The position numbers and the translations under genes were made by a program. A stretch of 32,000 nucleotides of DNA from Synechococcus elongatus PCC 6301. Its GTDB lineage: Bacteria > Cyanobacteriota > Cyanobacteriia > Synechococcales > Synechococcaceae. Positions within the stretch are counted from its first letter, which is position 1. Every line of letters begins with the position of its first letter. Below are positions 22,065 through 31,930 of this stretch, in pieces. The DNA lies in contig NC_006576.1 of the NCBI RefSeq assembly GCF_000010065.1, positions 1-32,000 on the forward strand, in the 5' to 3' direction. The notes below the pieces were generated by a model. The model was given only the letters and a program-made list of their open reading frames with translations. It was not told where the DNA came from and made no database searches.

Positions 22065-22535
22065 CTAGACCACCATCTCTTTGCCGTGCTCATGAATCGC
22101 TTCCAGAGGAATCGACTGGAAAAATCGGGTGCCTAGAACTAAGTTCTTTTTCGTCAGCCCACCTTTCAAGTAGAAACTATAGTCAAAGAGCAGCGTGTCA
22201 TATTCCGTGAGAGATGCACGTACAAATGCATACTCATCATTAATCTTATTGGCCAAGTCAAGCTTTTGTTCTCGACTGAATCCCTCTTCAAACTCGAAGA
22301 TAGTAAATATCATGATTCTTGTTTGATTCTCGGAAATCATGACAGTACAGTTCAGCTCATCTTTGATCTTGAGATCTCCGTCGTCGTCCCATGCTGTTTC
22401 AATAAAAGCTGCATCATAGATTGCTTTGAGTAAGTCTTTGGAGACGTTATCGGGCGTAATCAAGTCGTTAGTCAGCATCATGGTCGTTAAGTTTGGGGGG
22501 TAGGTGTGATCGTGGAATCCATCAAGGGCGGTCAA
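22065..22535 (-). CDS. Hypothetical protein, YbjN-like fold suspected
   Basis: AAFIETAWDDDGDLKIKDELNCTVMISENQTRIMIFTIFEFEEGFSREQKLDLANKINDEYAFVRASL. True start probably the internal ATG MLTNDL or MMLTNDL. Confidence 0.6.
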   Translation of the reverse strand: MTALDGFHDHTYPPNLTTMMLTNDLITPDNVSKDLLKAIYDAAFIETAWDDDGDLKIKDELNCTVMISENQTRIMIFTIFEFEEGFSREQKLDLANKINDEYAFVRASLTEYDTLLFDYSFYLKGGLTKKNLVLGTRFFQSIPLEAIHEHGKEMVV

Positions 22536-22539
22536 AGCT

Positions 22540-22728
22540 TCATACAGGCTGAGGGCCTCCCTTAATTCGGGCTCCTGGAATCATCGCTTGTGCAACACGA
22601 ACGGCGTCTGATTGGCTTTGCGCCTGCACGATAATTTCTCGATGTGTCCGCACTTGGTCGGTGGGCAGAAGATAGCGAACACGCCATGCTGTATCGGCCA
22701 TCGGTTTGTTTGAATTCGATGTCCCCAT
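22540..22728 (-). CDS. Small hypothetical protein, possibly cotranscribed with 22065-22535
   Basis: MADTAWRVRYLLPTDQVRTHREIIVQAQSQSDAVRVAQAMIPGARIKGGPQPV; same strand, just upstream. Confidence 0.5.
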   Translation of the reverse strand: MGTSNSNKPMADTAWRVRYLLPTDQVRTHREIIVQAQSQSDAVRVAQAMIPGARIKGGPQPV

Positions 22729-22871
22729 TGTCCAGATTGCAAAAGCAGCTGTCTTAGTTCAGATGCGAATGACAAATGGTGATCATATGCCTTACTCGGG
22801 TAATCGTGGTAAGGCTCTGTCCACACTTGGGACTGATAGGCTAAAGACGTTTTGTCTGGGCGTCCTTTGCT

Positions 22872-23189
22872 GTGCTCCTCAACGCCTTTGATGTTGATCC
22901 TGAAGTCAGCGATCGCACGTTGGAAGTCTTCTGTGGCGATCTCTTTTCGCTGGGGCTACAGGTTGACCTGTTGGTGGTCTCGGCCTTTGAGGGTAACTAT
23001 GACCCCGTGCCTCGGACGCTGATTGGGCATCTCTTTGAGGAATGTCAGTTAGCGGTTGGTAATCTGCCAAGGGCGTTAGACCTCACCCAGAGTCCTGTCA
23101 AGGCATGGGTCACACGGCCGCTCCAGTCTTTAGACAATCCACCTTGCTGGCCCGAGGGTCAACGACACGCTTCAGTCGGTCAGCAGTAG
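22872..23189 (+). CDS. Uncharacterised protein or gene fragment
   Basis: DPEVSDRTLEVFCGDLFSLGLQVDLLVVSAFEGNYDPVPRTLIGHLFEECQLAV...; looks like the N-terminal part of a larger protein. Confidence 0.4.
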   Translation: MLLNAFDVDPEVSDRTLEVFCGDLFSLGLQVDLLVVSAFEGNYDPVPRTLIGHLFEECQLAVGNLPRALDLTQSPVKAWVTRPLQSLDNPPCWPEGQRHASVGQQ

Positions 23190-23574
23190 TCGCAAGCCCC
23201 AAACAGCCTGATCCACAGGCGGTGGAGTGGCCGGCATTTAATTAGATGTATTGTTTGCTAAATAGTTTTTCTCAATCTTTAAGACGTTGACGCCATAATA
23301 TTTTTGCCCATTTTAAATAACTTTTGCTTTCTGATAAGCAAGTAGAGTTATTAAAAGTAATTAGAGTATGAGAATGCTTTTGCTTTTTCCCTAGTTGCCG
23401 TGATCCAAAAAGGTGCTGAAGAGTGGATCTGGTGTCGCTCCAAGCTGGAACGGATTCGCTCGAAAAAAGATATTGCTCGCGCCTCTGTGGATGGTGAGAT
23501 TGGAGATTCAAAAGGACTCCTAACGCCATAGAAAGCTATGTACTACTGGCTTGGCTGGCTGAAGCGAGTAGAGG

Positions 23575-23719
23575 CAGAATCTCAAGCTAGAGACTGTAAT
23601 AGGTGAAACTTTCTTGATGTTCTGGTAGCTTTTCATCATCTCGGTAGAGTCAGCATGTATTCTCTAACCAAGTAAAGGTTCGCTCTACGACCCAAAGTTT
23701 TAGTTTGGCGCGAAAGTTA
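23575..23719 (-). pseudogene. Degenerate C-terminal remnant of an IS5-superfamily transposase
   Basis: Reverse-strand translation from 23719: NFRAKLKLWVVERTFTWLENTC*LYRDDEKLPEHQESFTYYSL*LEILPLLA, matching the familiar WVVERTFAWLxxYRRLxxDYExLPExxExxxYxAxIRLMLRRL ending. Confidence 0.8.
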
Positions 23720-23766
23720 TCCATGAGCGAATTTTTACGTCCACTCTAAGGAAGAACTTTCTATCA

Positions 23767-23838
23767 AGCGGGCGATGGGACTCGAACCCACGACGTTCAG
23801 CTTGGGAAGCTGACATTCTACCACTGAATTACGCCCGC
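23767..23838 (-). tRNA. tRNA-Gly(CCC)
   Basis: GCGGGCGTAATTCAGTGGTAGAATGTCAGCTTCCCAAGCTGAACGTCGTGGGTTCGAGTCCCATCGCCCGCT; 7-bp acceptor stem, anticodon stem TCAGC/GCTGA with loop TTCCCAA, TTCGAGT T-loop, discriminator U; CCA not encoded. Confidence 0.93.
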
Positions 23839-23878
23839 AGTGGCACTGACTTAAGTAGCGATCGCCATTATAGGCGGA

Positions 23879-24379
23879 TTGTCGTCACTTCTGACCCCCG
23901 CTTCCGCTAGAGTGCGAACAGGCTCAGAGGAACTGTCTGTGAATGCAACCCAGCGCAAACTGTTGATGCAGCTCGTCATTGGTGCCGCTTGGGTCGACGG
24001 GGACCTCGATCAGCCAGAGCGACAGTACCTGCAAACTCTTCTGGAGCGGCAGAAGCTTGATCACGATCCAGACTTGCTGGTACTCCTCGAAACCCCAATC
24101 GGACTGCCTCAACTGGAAGCTTGGCTTGTTACCTTTCTACAGGGGACCAGCACCCCAACACGCTTGGCGGCTCTGGCCACGATCGCCAATCTACTGATGG
24201 CCGACGGCGTTGTTAATCGCAGTGAGCATAGCCTACTGGATGAAATCCACTCACTGATGGCGCAGATTCCCGCAAGTCGCGACGAAGGAGAGTATCGGCA
24301 AGCGGCCCCAGGCTTAGTCCAGGGATTGAGTGGTCTCGTGCGCCGCGCCCTAAATGGAGCCAAGCATCTCTTTCAGTGA
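23879..24379 (+). CDS. TerB-like (tellurite resistance TerB family) protein
   Basis: QRKLLMQLVIGAAWVDGDLDQPERQYLQTLLER...LATIANLLMADGVVNRSEHSLLDEIHSLM; two helical acidic repeats. Confidence 0.7.
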   Translation: MSSLLTPASARVRTGSEELSVNATQRKLLMQLVIGAAWVDGDLDQPERQYLQTLLERQKLDHDPDLLVLLETPIGLPQLEAWLVTFLQGTSTPTRLAALATIANLLMADGVVNRSEHSLLDEIHSLMAQIPASRDEGEYRQAAPGLVQGLSGLVRRALNGAKHLFQ

Positions 24380-24417
24380 GGCTGAACTGACCTGTGTTCT
24401 AAACAGCCGGAGTTGCT

Positions 24418-26613
24418 ATGCATCCCTTGCTAGGATCAGCGGCTGATTCTGTGATGAGATTGGCCATGACCGATGCTGCGATTGAACTGAATCGGCCAGA
24501 AAATTTCTTTAATCGTGAAATTAGCTGGCTGGCTTTCAATCAGCGCGTTCTACACCAAGCCCTCGACCCCCGCACGCCTCTGCTGGAACGCCTCAAGTTC
24601 ATGGGGATTTTCAGCAATAACCTCGATGAATACTTCATGGTGCGCGTGGCGAGTCTCTTGCAGCAAATTGAGGCTGGCGTCAGCAAGCGATCGCCCGATG
24701 GCCTCACCCCAGCGGAGCAACTCGAGCAAATTCGAGCCTGCCTTGGCCCCCTGGTGGAGCAACAACACAGCCATTTCTACCGAGAGCTACGCCCCCTGCT
24801 GGCTGAAACGGGCATCCATCTGCTCAACTACAACGACCTCAACCGCACCCAACAGCGATACCTCGATCAGTATTTCGCAGCGCAGATTTTTCCAGTCTTG
24901 ACACCGCTCGCGGTTGATCCGGCGCACCCCTTCCCCCACATTTCCAATCTCAGTCTCAACTTGGCGGTCTTGATCCAAGACGACAGTGTTGGCGAGGAGC
25001 AGTTTGCGCGGATTAAGGTGCCGAACATTCTGCCGCGCTTTATTGAACTGCCGGCCAAAACCCGCCGGCGATCGCAGCAACCGATTGTCTGGATGGGCGT
25101 ACCGATCGAACAGGTAATCGCCCACAACCTCAGCACGCTTTTCCCAGGCATGAGCGTGATCGATTGGTTTGTCTTCCGTGTCACCCGCGATGCTGACCTC
25201 GATGTCAAGGAAGACGAAGCTGACGATCTGCTGTTGGCGATCGAACAAGAATTGCGTAAGCGACGCCTGGGGGCAGGCTCAGTCGTCCGCCTAGAAATTG
25301 AGGCAGGCTCTCCAGCCTCCATCCTCGAAATCCTGATGAACGGCATGGACCTCGATCCGCAGGATGTCTATGCCCTACCCGGTCTCCTGAGCCTTGAAGA
25401 CCTGATGTCGCTGACGTCCTTGCCGTTGCCCGAACTGAAGGATCAGCCTTGGACGCAAGTGGTTCCCAAGCGATTGCGGCGGGTACAAATGCCCGTTGGC
25501 GAAGACCTGCAGCGTTCTAAGCCCAGTGAGGAAAGCGAAGACATCTTTACGGTGATTCGCCAGCGCGACCTGTTGATGCATCACCCCTACGATTCTTTTG
25601 CGGCTTCAGTCGAACAGTTCGTTGCCCAAGCCGCAACAGATCCCCACGTGCTGGCTATCAAAATGACGCTCTATCGCACCTCGGGAGATTCGCCGATTGT
25701 GCAGAGCCTGATGCAGGCTGCGGAGCATGGCAAGCAGGTGCTCGCTCTTGTAGAACTCAAAGCTCGCTTTGATGAAGAGAACAACATCACCTGGGCGCGG
25801 CGCCTTGAGAAAGCAGGTGTGCATGTTGTCTATGGCTTAGTGGGTCTCAAGATTCACACCAAAGTGGTGTTGGTGGTTCGCCAAGAGCGCAACCAAATCC
25901 GTCGCTATGTTCATATCGGCACCGGCAACTACAACTCCAAAGCAGCCCGCATCTACACTGACTTGGGGCTCTTGAGCTGCCGTGAGGATTTGGGCGCTGA
26001 TATTTCTGAACTCTTCAACTACCTGACGGGTTTCTCGAAGCAACGGGACTATCGCAAGCTGCTGATTGCGCCGGTCAGCTTGCGGGAGCAAATGATCGGC
26101 CTGATCGATCGCGAAATTCAGCATGCGATCGCAGGGCGTCCGGCAGCGATTCGCGCCAAGATGAACTCGCTAGTTGATCCTAAAATCATCCTCAAGCTCT
26201 ATGAGGCCTCACAAGCTGGCGTCGAGATTGATTTGATTGTGCGGGGGGTCTGCTGCCTACGACCGGGTGTGCCGGGGTTGAGCGATCGCATTCGGGTGAT
26301 TAGTATCATTGGCCGCTTCCTCGAACACTCGCGCATCTTCAGCTTCCACAACAACGGCCAGGAAGAGTTTTTCATCGGCAGTGCGGACTGGATGACCCGT
26401 AACCTCGATCGCCGCGTAGAAGCGATTACCCCTATTGAAGATGAAGCGATCGCAGCAGAACTGCGGGCAATCCTGGATATTTCCTTAGCCGACGACCGAC
26501 TGGCCTGGGATTTACTGCCCAGTGGTGAGTACCAACTCCGGCAACCGGTGGATCCCGAGACTCCCCATAGTTCGCAGCAGCAATTCATGAATCGCGCGGC
26601 TACCACCCGCTAG
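24418..26613 (+). CDS. ppk: Polyphosphate kinase 1
   Basis: FFNREISWLAFNQRVLHQA, HHPYDSF, GRPAAIRAKMNSLVD, VRGVCCLRPGVPG, SADWMTRNLDRRVE; PPK1 motifs. Confidence 0.97.
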   Translation: MHPLLGSAADSVMRLAMTDAAIELNRPENFFNREISWLAFNQRVLHQALDPRTPLLERLKFMGIFSNNLDEYFMVRVASLLQQIEAGVSKRSPDGLTPAEQLEQIRACLGPLVEQQHSHFYRELRPLLAETGIHLLNYNDLNRTQQRYLDQYFAAQIFPVLTPLAVDPAHPFPHISNLSLNLAVLIQDDSVGEEQFARIKVPNILPRFIELPAKTRRRSQQPIVWMGVPIEQVIAHNLSTLFPGMSVIDWFVFRVTRDADLDVKEDEADDLLLAIEQELRKRRLGAGSVVRLEIEAGSPASILEILMNGMDLDPQDVYALPGLLSLEDLMSLTSLPLPELKDQPWTQVVPKRLRRVQMPVGEDLQRSKPSEESEDIFTVIRQRDLLMHHPYDSFAASVEQFVAQAATDPHVLAIKMTLYRTSGDSPIVQSLMQAAEHGKQVLALVELKARFDEENNITWARRLEKAGVHVVYGLVGLKIHTKVVLVVRQERNQIRRYVHIGTGNYNSKAARIYTDLGLLSCREDLGADISELFNYLTGFSKQRDYRKLLIAPVSLREQMIGLIDREIQHAIAGRPAAIRAKMNSLVDPKIILKLYEASQAGVEIDLIVRGVCCLRPGVPGLSDRIRVISIIGRFLEHSRIFSFHNNGQEEFFIGSADWMTRNLDRRVEAITPIEDEAIAAELRAILDISLADDRLAWDLLPSGEYQLRQPVDPETPHSSQQQFMNRAATTR

Positions 26614-26670
26614 CGCCCGCTACTCATCAGGGCCATGGATCCGAGCCACACCTGTCCGGTAGATCCCAGT

Positions 26671-26988
26671 TCACTCGGGACGGCGATCGCTGCCTTTGAG
26701 GGGAGAAGAGTCCAGTTGTGGCACCTGTACCGGGAACAACTGAGAACGCTGACCGGGCGATCGCAGCTTGATGTGGCGAGCTAGCTTGAGTTCGGCAACG
26801 GGAGCGCGCAGCTGAGACAATCCTGCCGCAAGGCGGTCGGCAATGTCTGAATTTGGACAATCGATGCGAAGCACAAACCAAAAACGACTGATTTGGCAGT
26901 GACGCATGATCGCCAAATTAGCAACCAAGTCCGGGTCTTCTCAGTAGTAACTCAAGATCAGGTGCTGAAGCTGCTCACTGCGAGACAT
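26671..26988 (-). pseudogene. Small unknown ORF interrupted by in-frame TGA (26941-26943)
   Basis: ATG 26988: MSRSEQLQHLILSYY*EDPDLVANLAIMRHCQISRFWFVLRIDCPNSDIADRLAAGLSQLRAPVAELKLARHIKL...; the two halves are in the same frame. Confidence 0.45.
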
Positions 26989-27152
26989 AGGACAAGCAAG
27001 GGTTGGGAATTGTTTTTATTCAAGTCCGCCAACTGAGGAGATTCGAGAGCGCTCCAATTCCCTTAAGCCTGTGTGTCGATTCTGCAATGGAAGCAGGGAA
27101 GAACAAGCCCTCGTTGAGCCCGCTAAGACCGTTGCCCGAAGCCAGAAGACTG

Positions 27153-27329
27153 TCAGCCCTGCTGAGTTTGGGGAGCCGGACAGGTCGTCTGAGATTGGGT
27201 GGTTGGGCAACTGGGGGTGGGTTCAGCCTGTGCCGGGGCGATCGCTCCCAGAGATAGCACGAGACCAAGACCAGTAATCAGTAGGAGAGCAGAATGAATC
27301 CGAATCATGATCAACATCACCTGACTCAT
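27153..27329 (-). CDS. Small exported protein, 58 aa (missed by the ORF track)
   Basis: MSQVMLIMIRIHSALLLITGLGLVLSLGAIAPAQAEPTPSCPTTQSQTTCPAPQTQQG*; strong signal peptide with APAQA cleavage context; start overlaps the upstream stop (ATGA). Confidence 0.5.
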   Translation of the reverse strand: MSQVMLIMIRIHSALLLITGLGLVLSLGAIAPAQAEPTPSCPTTQSQTTCPAPQTQQG

Positions 27330-27565
27330 TTGAATTGGGAAGTAGGCGGCAAGCGATCGCCCCAGAGAAGACCGCTGAACTGGCGAATCTCATCGCTTTG
27401 GGCGCAAAGGATGTCCCCAGAAATCGATCGCACAAAGGAATCCCCCGACTTTGCCAAACCGTCTTCCGCCATCGCGATCGCACTGGGAGTAAGACCGAGC
27501 AACAGACCAAGGCTCGGGCTACCGTTCACCATCCATCTCGCGAGTTTCATGACACGTCTTCCCAT
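27326..27565 (-). CDS. Small protein with possible signal peptide, 79 aa
   Basis: MKLARWMVNGSPSLGLLLGLTPSAIAMAEDGLAKSGDSFVRSISGDILCAQSDEIRQFSGLLWGDRLPPTSQFK. Confidence 0.45.
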   Translation of the reverse strand: MGRRVMKLARWMVNGSPSLGLLLGLTPSAIAMAEDGLAKSGDSFVRSISGDILCAQSDEIRQFSGLLWGDRLPPTSQFK

Positions 27566-27622
27566 CTAGAGTCAAGGACTAGAAAAAATGGGTAAGACGG
27601 TCATGTTGGCCTTGGCTGGCCT

Positions 27623-28141
27623 TTAGGCTGAGGCAGGCTGCACTTCGAGCACCCCACGAAACATGGCCATGCCGCAGGTGAACTCGTAGCGACCGGGTTG
27701 GGTGGGGAGGAATTCGATCGCAGTGACTTGGTTATTGGGTAGGTGCTGGGCGATCTGGAAATCGGGGAAGCGGACCTCATCAAGGCAGTGATTGGGATCG
27801 CGGCGATCGAAATGAAGTCGCAGCGGCTGACCGGCTTGGACGACCACATGGCTGGGTTGGTAGCCACCATCCACCGTAATTGTCAGCTCCTGCCATGTCT
27901 CCGCGATCGCAGCTGTCTGGGGTTTGGCGCGGCGCACCAAAAACCACCACAATTCCCAGCCAATCAGGACGAGACCCGCGCCCGTGACGGTTGTTTTAGC
28001 CCAAACAGGTTGGGCGACAGCACGGAAGGGTGCAGCGTCCGAGCCAGTGGTTACCGCGATTGCAGCAGGCGGGGGAGCGACCATCCATCCCGCATTCCCG
28101 ACAGTCAGGGTGCCAGACAAGAACAAAGTTAATAGAGTCAT
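27623..28141 (-). CDS. Membrane-associated cupredoxin-domain protein
   Basis: TM segment VTGAGLVLIGWELWWFLV, then LTITVDGGYQPSHVVVQAGQPLRLHFDRRDPNHCLDEVRFPDFQI...LPTQPGRYEFTCGMAMFRGVLEV; cupredoxin metal-site pattern. Confidence 0.85.
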   Translation of the reverse strand: MTLLTLFLSGTLTVGNAGWMVAPPPAAIAVTTGSDAAPFRAVAQPVWAKTTVTGAGLVLIGWELWWFLVRRAKPQTAAIAETWQELTITVDGGYQPSHVVVQAGQPLRLHFDRRDPNHCLDEVRFPDFQIAQHLPNNQVTAIEFLPTQPGRYEFTCGMAMFRGVLEVQPASA

Positions 28142-28174
28142 TGATCGGTCCTCAAAAGCAGAGCGACAAGGAAA

Positions 28175-30418
28175 TTAGCGAGGCTGAAACTGGCGTAGTC
28201 GTAGGGCATTAGTCACCACTGAGACAGAGCTAAAGGCCATGGCAGCGCCGGCCAGCATCGGGCTAAGCAACCAACCCAGCAGGGGGTAGAGGATACCTGC
28301 TGCAATGGGAATACCGGCAACGTTGTAGATGAAGGCGAAGAAGAGATTCTGACGAATGTTGGTCATCGTGGCGCGGGAGAGCTGAATCGCCGTGACGATG
28401 CCCTGCAGGTCGCCGGAAATCAAGGTGATGTCATTAGCGGCGATCGCAACATCCGTTCCAGTGCCAATGGCAATCCCCACATCCGCTTGGGCTAGTGCCG
28501 GTGCGTCATTGATGCCATCCCCGACCATCGCTACGACTTGACCGCGACTTTGGAGCTGGGCGACCTGGGCTGCTTTTTGGTCGGGTCGCACTTCTGCGAG
28601 GACTTGAGTAATACCCACGGCCTGGGCGATCGCGTCTGCGGTGCGGCGGTTATCGCCTGTCAGCATGACGACCTGTAGTCCCAGTCGTTGCAGCGATCGC
28701 ACCACGGCGACTGAGCTGGGTTTGAGCTGATCGGCAATGCTGAGAATTGCTTGCAGGTGACCGTCAGCGGCGACCCCGACTACGGTTTTGCCTGCAGCTT
28801 CCCAGTCTTCCCACTGATTCTGTAGAGCAGAGGTTTCAATACCCAATTCACCAAGCCAGCGCTGAGTGCCAATCTGGAGCCAGATGCCTTCAACCTGACC
28901 CTGAACACCACTGCCAGGAATGGCCTCAAAGTCCGTGACAGTCGAGAGTGTGATTCCTTGAGCTTCGCCATAGCGAACGATCGCTTCAGCTAAAGGATGC
29001 TCGGAGTAGTTCTCAAGACTTGCTGCCCAACCGAGTAGGGTTTGCTGTTGGTCGCGATCGCCGATCGCCAGAAAATCAGTGACACTGGGCTGTCCTTGGG
29101 TGAGAGTGCCGGTTTTATCGAGGATGACGGTCTGAATTGTTTGCGCCAGCTCCAAGCTCTCGGCACTTTTAATCAAAATGCCGTACTCAGCGCCTTTGCC
29201 TGTTCCGACCATGATGGAGGTCGGGGTTGCCAGCCCTAACGCACAGGGACAGGCAATGATCAGGACACCAACCGCCGTGATCAGGGCTAAGGTCACGTTG
29301 CCTATCCAGTTAAACCAGAGCACAAAGGTGAGGATGGCGATCGCAATCACCGCTGGCACAAACCAGCCTGTCACTTGATCCGCCAAGCGCTGAATCGGGG
29401 CTTTGGAAGCTTGCGCCTGCTGCACGAGTTGGACAATCTGTGCCAGAAAAGTTTCACGGCCAACCCGAGTCGCCCGTATCGTCAAGCTGCCAGTTTTATT
29501 GAGGGTGGCGCCAATCACCTCATCGCCGACTTGTTTCTGGACAGGTAGACTTTCACCCGTGACCATCGACTCATCCACGGTCGACCGTCCATCGATAACC
29601 TCACCATCGACTGGAACTTTTTCCCCAGGTCGAACCCGCACCCAGTCCTCTACTTGAACTTCCGTAATTGGCAGGGTGAGTTCCTGGCCTTGGCGCAGTA
29701 CTCGCGCAGTTTTGGCCTGCAAGCCAATTAACTGCCGAATCGCGGCGGAGGTCTGCCCCTTGGCACGCTCCTCGAGCGATCGCCCCAGTAACAGCAGGGC
29801 AATGATCACCGCGATCGCTTCGTAGTAGACATCCGGCGGCAGCCCCTGACGGGTTAACCACTGGGGAAACAGGGTGACTGCTAAGGAGTAGAGGAAGGCG
29901 GCACCGGTTCCCACTGCCACCAAGGTATCCATCGTGGCGGTGTTTTGACGGAAGGCTTTCCAGGCATTGATGAAGAAACTCCGCCCCGCCCACAACACCG
30001 GTAGCGTCAGCCCCAGTTGGAGCCCAGGATGGTGCAGCCACATGGGAATGCCTGGAATTGAGATGCCTAGCATCATCGGCAGCGAGCCAATCACCAATAA
30101 GCTGGCGATTAGTCCACTCACCCACACTCGCTGGGCCAATTGCCGTTGCGATCGGGCACGGCGATGCCGCTCCTGCGCTTCAACTTCGTTATCCCAGGGG
30201 TCTTGGAGGGGAAAAGCGTGGTAGCCTGCAGCCTCAATAGCGGCCTGAATCGCTGCCACCTGAGTCAAAGCGGGGTCATAGCAGACCTGCGCCTGCTCTG
30301 CACCAAAATTGACGCTGCACTCCTGCACCCCCGGCAATGCCTGAATGAGGGCTTCAATACGACCCGCACAAGCAGCACAGCCCATGCCTCGCAGCGTCAG
30401 AGTTTGCTGATTGACCAT
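28175..30418 (-). CDS. pacS: Copper-translocating P1B-type ATPase PacS
   Basis: 747 aa; [10 protein letters not shown] metal-binding motif, CPC ([15 protein letters not shown]), [26 protein letters not shown]; matches my memory of S. elongatus PacS. Confidence 0.96.
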   Translation of the reverse strand: MVNQQTLTLRGMGCAACAGRIEALIQALPGVQECSVNFGAEQAQVCYDPALTQVAAIQAAIEAAGYHAFPLQDPWDNEVEAQERHRRARSQRQLAQRVWVSGLIASLLVIGSLPMMLGISIPGIPMWLHHPGLQLGLTLPVLWAGRSFFINAWKAFRQNTATMDTLVAVGTGAAFLYSLAVTLFPQWLTRQGLPPDVYYEAIAVIIALLLLGRSLEERAKGQTSAAIRQLIGLQAKTARVLRQGQELTLPITEVQVEDWVRVRPGEKVPVDGEVIDGRSTVDESMVTGESLPVQKQVGDEVIGATLNKTGSLTIRATRVGRETFLAQIVQLVQQAQASKAPIQRLADQVTGWFVPAVIAIAILTFVLWFNWIGNVTLALITAVGVLIIACPCALGLATPTSIMVGTGKGAEYGILIKSAESLELAQTIQTVILDKTGTLTQGQPSVTDFLAIGDRDQQQTLLGWAASLENYSEHPLAEAIVRYGEAQGITLSTVTDFEAIPGSGVQGQVEGIWLQIGTQRWLGELGIETSALQNQWEDWEAAGKTVVGVAADGHLQAILSIADQLKPSSVAVVRSLQRLGLQVVMLTGDNRRTADAIAQAVGITQVLAEVRPDQKAAQVAQLQSRGQVVAMVGDGINDAPALAQADVGIAIGTGTDVAIAANDITLISGDLQGIVTAIQLSRATMTNIRQNLFFAFIYNVAGIPIAAGILYPLLGWLLSPMLAGAAMAFSSVSVVTNALRLRQFQPR

Positions 30419-31031
30419 GACTGGACTCCAGACTCGAACGTAGCTCTAATCGTCCCCAGTCTTAAGTCTCTAGTTGACTGCAGAGTCAAGACGAGTGACA
30501 AAACTTCTCTTAAAAGCGCGATCGCCCTGCCCCAGCCCAATTGGGCCTCTTTCGACCTGCTCTACTGCTTGCTCCCAGACGTAGCCAAGCTGAGGAGAGA
30601 ACGATCGGAGTCAAGCACATGTTAAGGCTCAAGTGCTTTGCCCGCTTGAGCGACGGCCCCTCGTCAATGCCTCTTTCGTTTTGTCGAACCGCATTGGATC
30701 CACTAGCAACTATGAGCTTGAGCAGGACGTTTTAAGCATGTTGAGCTCTTCTATTGCCCCAGATTCAGCGCTCAGGCCTTCGTTACGCTAGTGGCATTGA
30801 AGTCAGTTAGTTGAATGAGCTGTAATCAAGGTGCGATCGCCTTTCCTTTGGTTATTGGCTCACAACCTGAAGGGTAAACATTAGGCTGACAGTCCGTGCT
30901 GGCTTGAGTCAATCAGCCTGATCCGGTCAGTTGATCCCAGCCATCGCCTATCTCTGACTCGACTGGGATCATCATTCGTTCCTGCCTCTGCGCAACGACG
31001 ACCCACTCCATTCCTCTGCGATCCAGTCTCT

Positions 31032-31841
31032 ATGAAGATGCTTAGAGCACTTAAACACCACTGGCCAGAATACTTAATTGAAGCTTGGGGGCTTGGGCTG
31101 TTTATGGTGGCAGCTGGGGTTGTCGGAACGCTTGTCTTCTATCCCCAATCTCCTGCCTATCAAGCGATCGCAGACCCTTTCCTACAGCGAGTCGTGATGG
31201 GCTTGGGGATGGGTTTGACGGCAATGATCATCATGTATTCACCTTGGGGAAAGCGATCGGGGGCTCATATCAACCCAGCCGTAACGCTCACGTTCTACCG
31301 GCTTAAAAAAATTGCTGCCTGGGATGCTTTTTTCTACGTTGTTTTTCAGTTTATTGGTGGACTTCTAGGAGTCGTGCTGGTTGCCTTTTTACTACAAACT
31401 CCCTTTACCCAAGCACCGGTCAACTATGTAGTCACGGTCCCTGGAAAACAGGGGGCGATCGTTGCATGTATCGCAGAGTATTTCATTGCTGTACTCATGA
31501 TGAGTATGGTTCTCTTCACCAGCAATCAGCCAAAGCTAGAGCGATTCACTCCATTTTTTGCGGGCTGTCTCATTGTCAGCTACGTCATTTTTGAATCGCC
31601 GCTCTCAGGGTTTGGCATGAACCCTGCTCGAACCGTTGCCTCAGCTTTACCCTCGGGTATTTGGACAGCTATCTGGCTTTATTTCCTTGCACCGATCGCA
31701 GGCATGTTAACTGCAGCAGAACTCTATCTGCGAATGATCGGGCCTCGCAAAATCTTCTGTGCCAAGCTCTACCATGATCCTTTGTATCGCTGTATACACT
31801 GCGGCCATCTCATTCATTGGCATCGTCCTCATCTGAGATAG
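31032..31841 (+). CDS. smpX: Major intrinsic protein (aquaporin-like) channel, SmpX-like
   Basis: Two NPA boxes in context: SGAHINPAVTLTFYRLKK and GFGMNPARTVASALPSG; six TM segments; located near pacS. Confidence 0.88.
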   Translation: MKMLRALKHHWPEYLIEAWGLGLFMVAAGVVGTLVFYPQSPAYQAIADPFLQRVVMGLGMGLTAMIIMYSPWGKRSGAHINPAVTLTFYRLKKIAAWDAFFYVVFQFIGGLLGVVLVAFLLQTPFTQAPVNYVVTVPGKQGAIVACIAEYFIAVLMMSMVLFTSNQPKLERFTPFFAGCLIVSYVIFESPLSGFGMNPARTVASALPSGIWTAIWLYFLAPIAGMLTAAELYLRMIGPRKIFCAKLYHDPLYRCIHCGHLIHWHRPHLR

Positions 31842-31930
31842 GTCAAAAATATGGCTGCCAGACAGATTGGATGCGATCGCAGCCTAACAAAAGGCCTAGT
31901 TCACCTTATTAATAGCAATAATTGTGAATT

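Noticed and set aside
23767-23838. Search for an att-like duplicate of the tRNA-Gly 3' end in the adjacent island
   Set aside because: No second copy of AGCGGGCGATGGGACTCGAACCC was found by eye, so no integrase-type island boundaries are claimed.
24515-25346. Several 70-160 aa ORFs overlapping ppk
   Set aside because: Low-complexity or non-family translations on alternative frames of a clear PPK1 gene.
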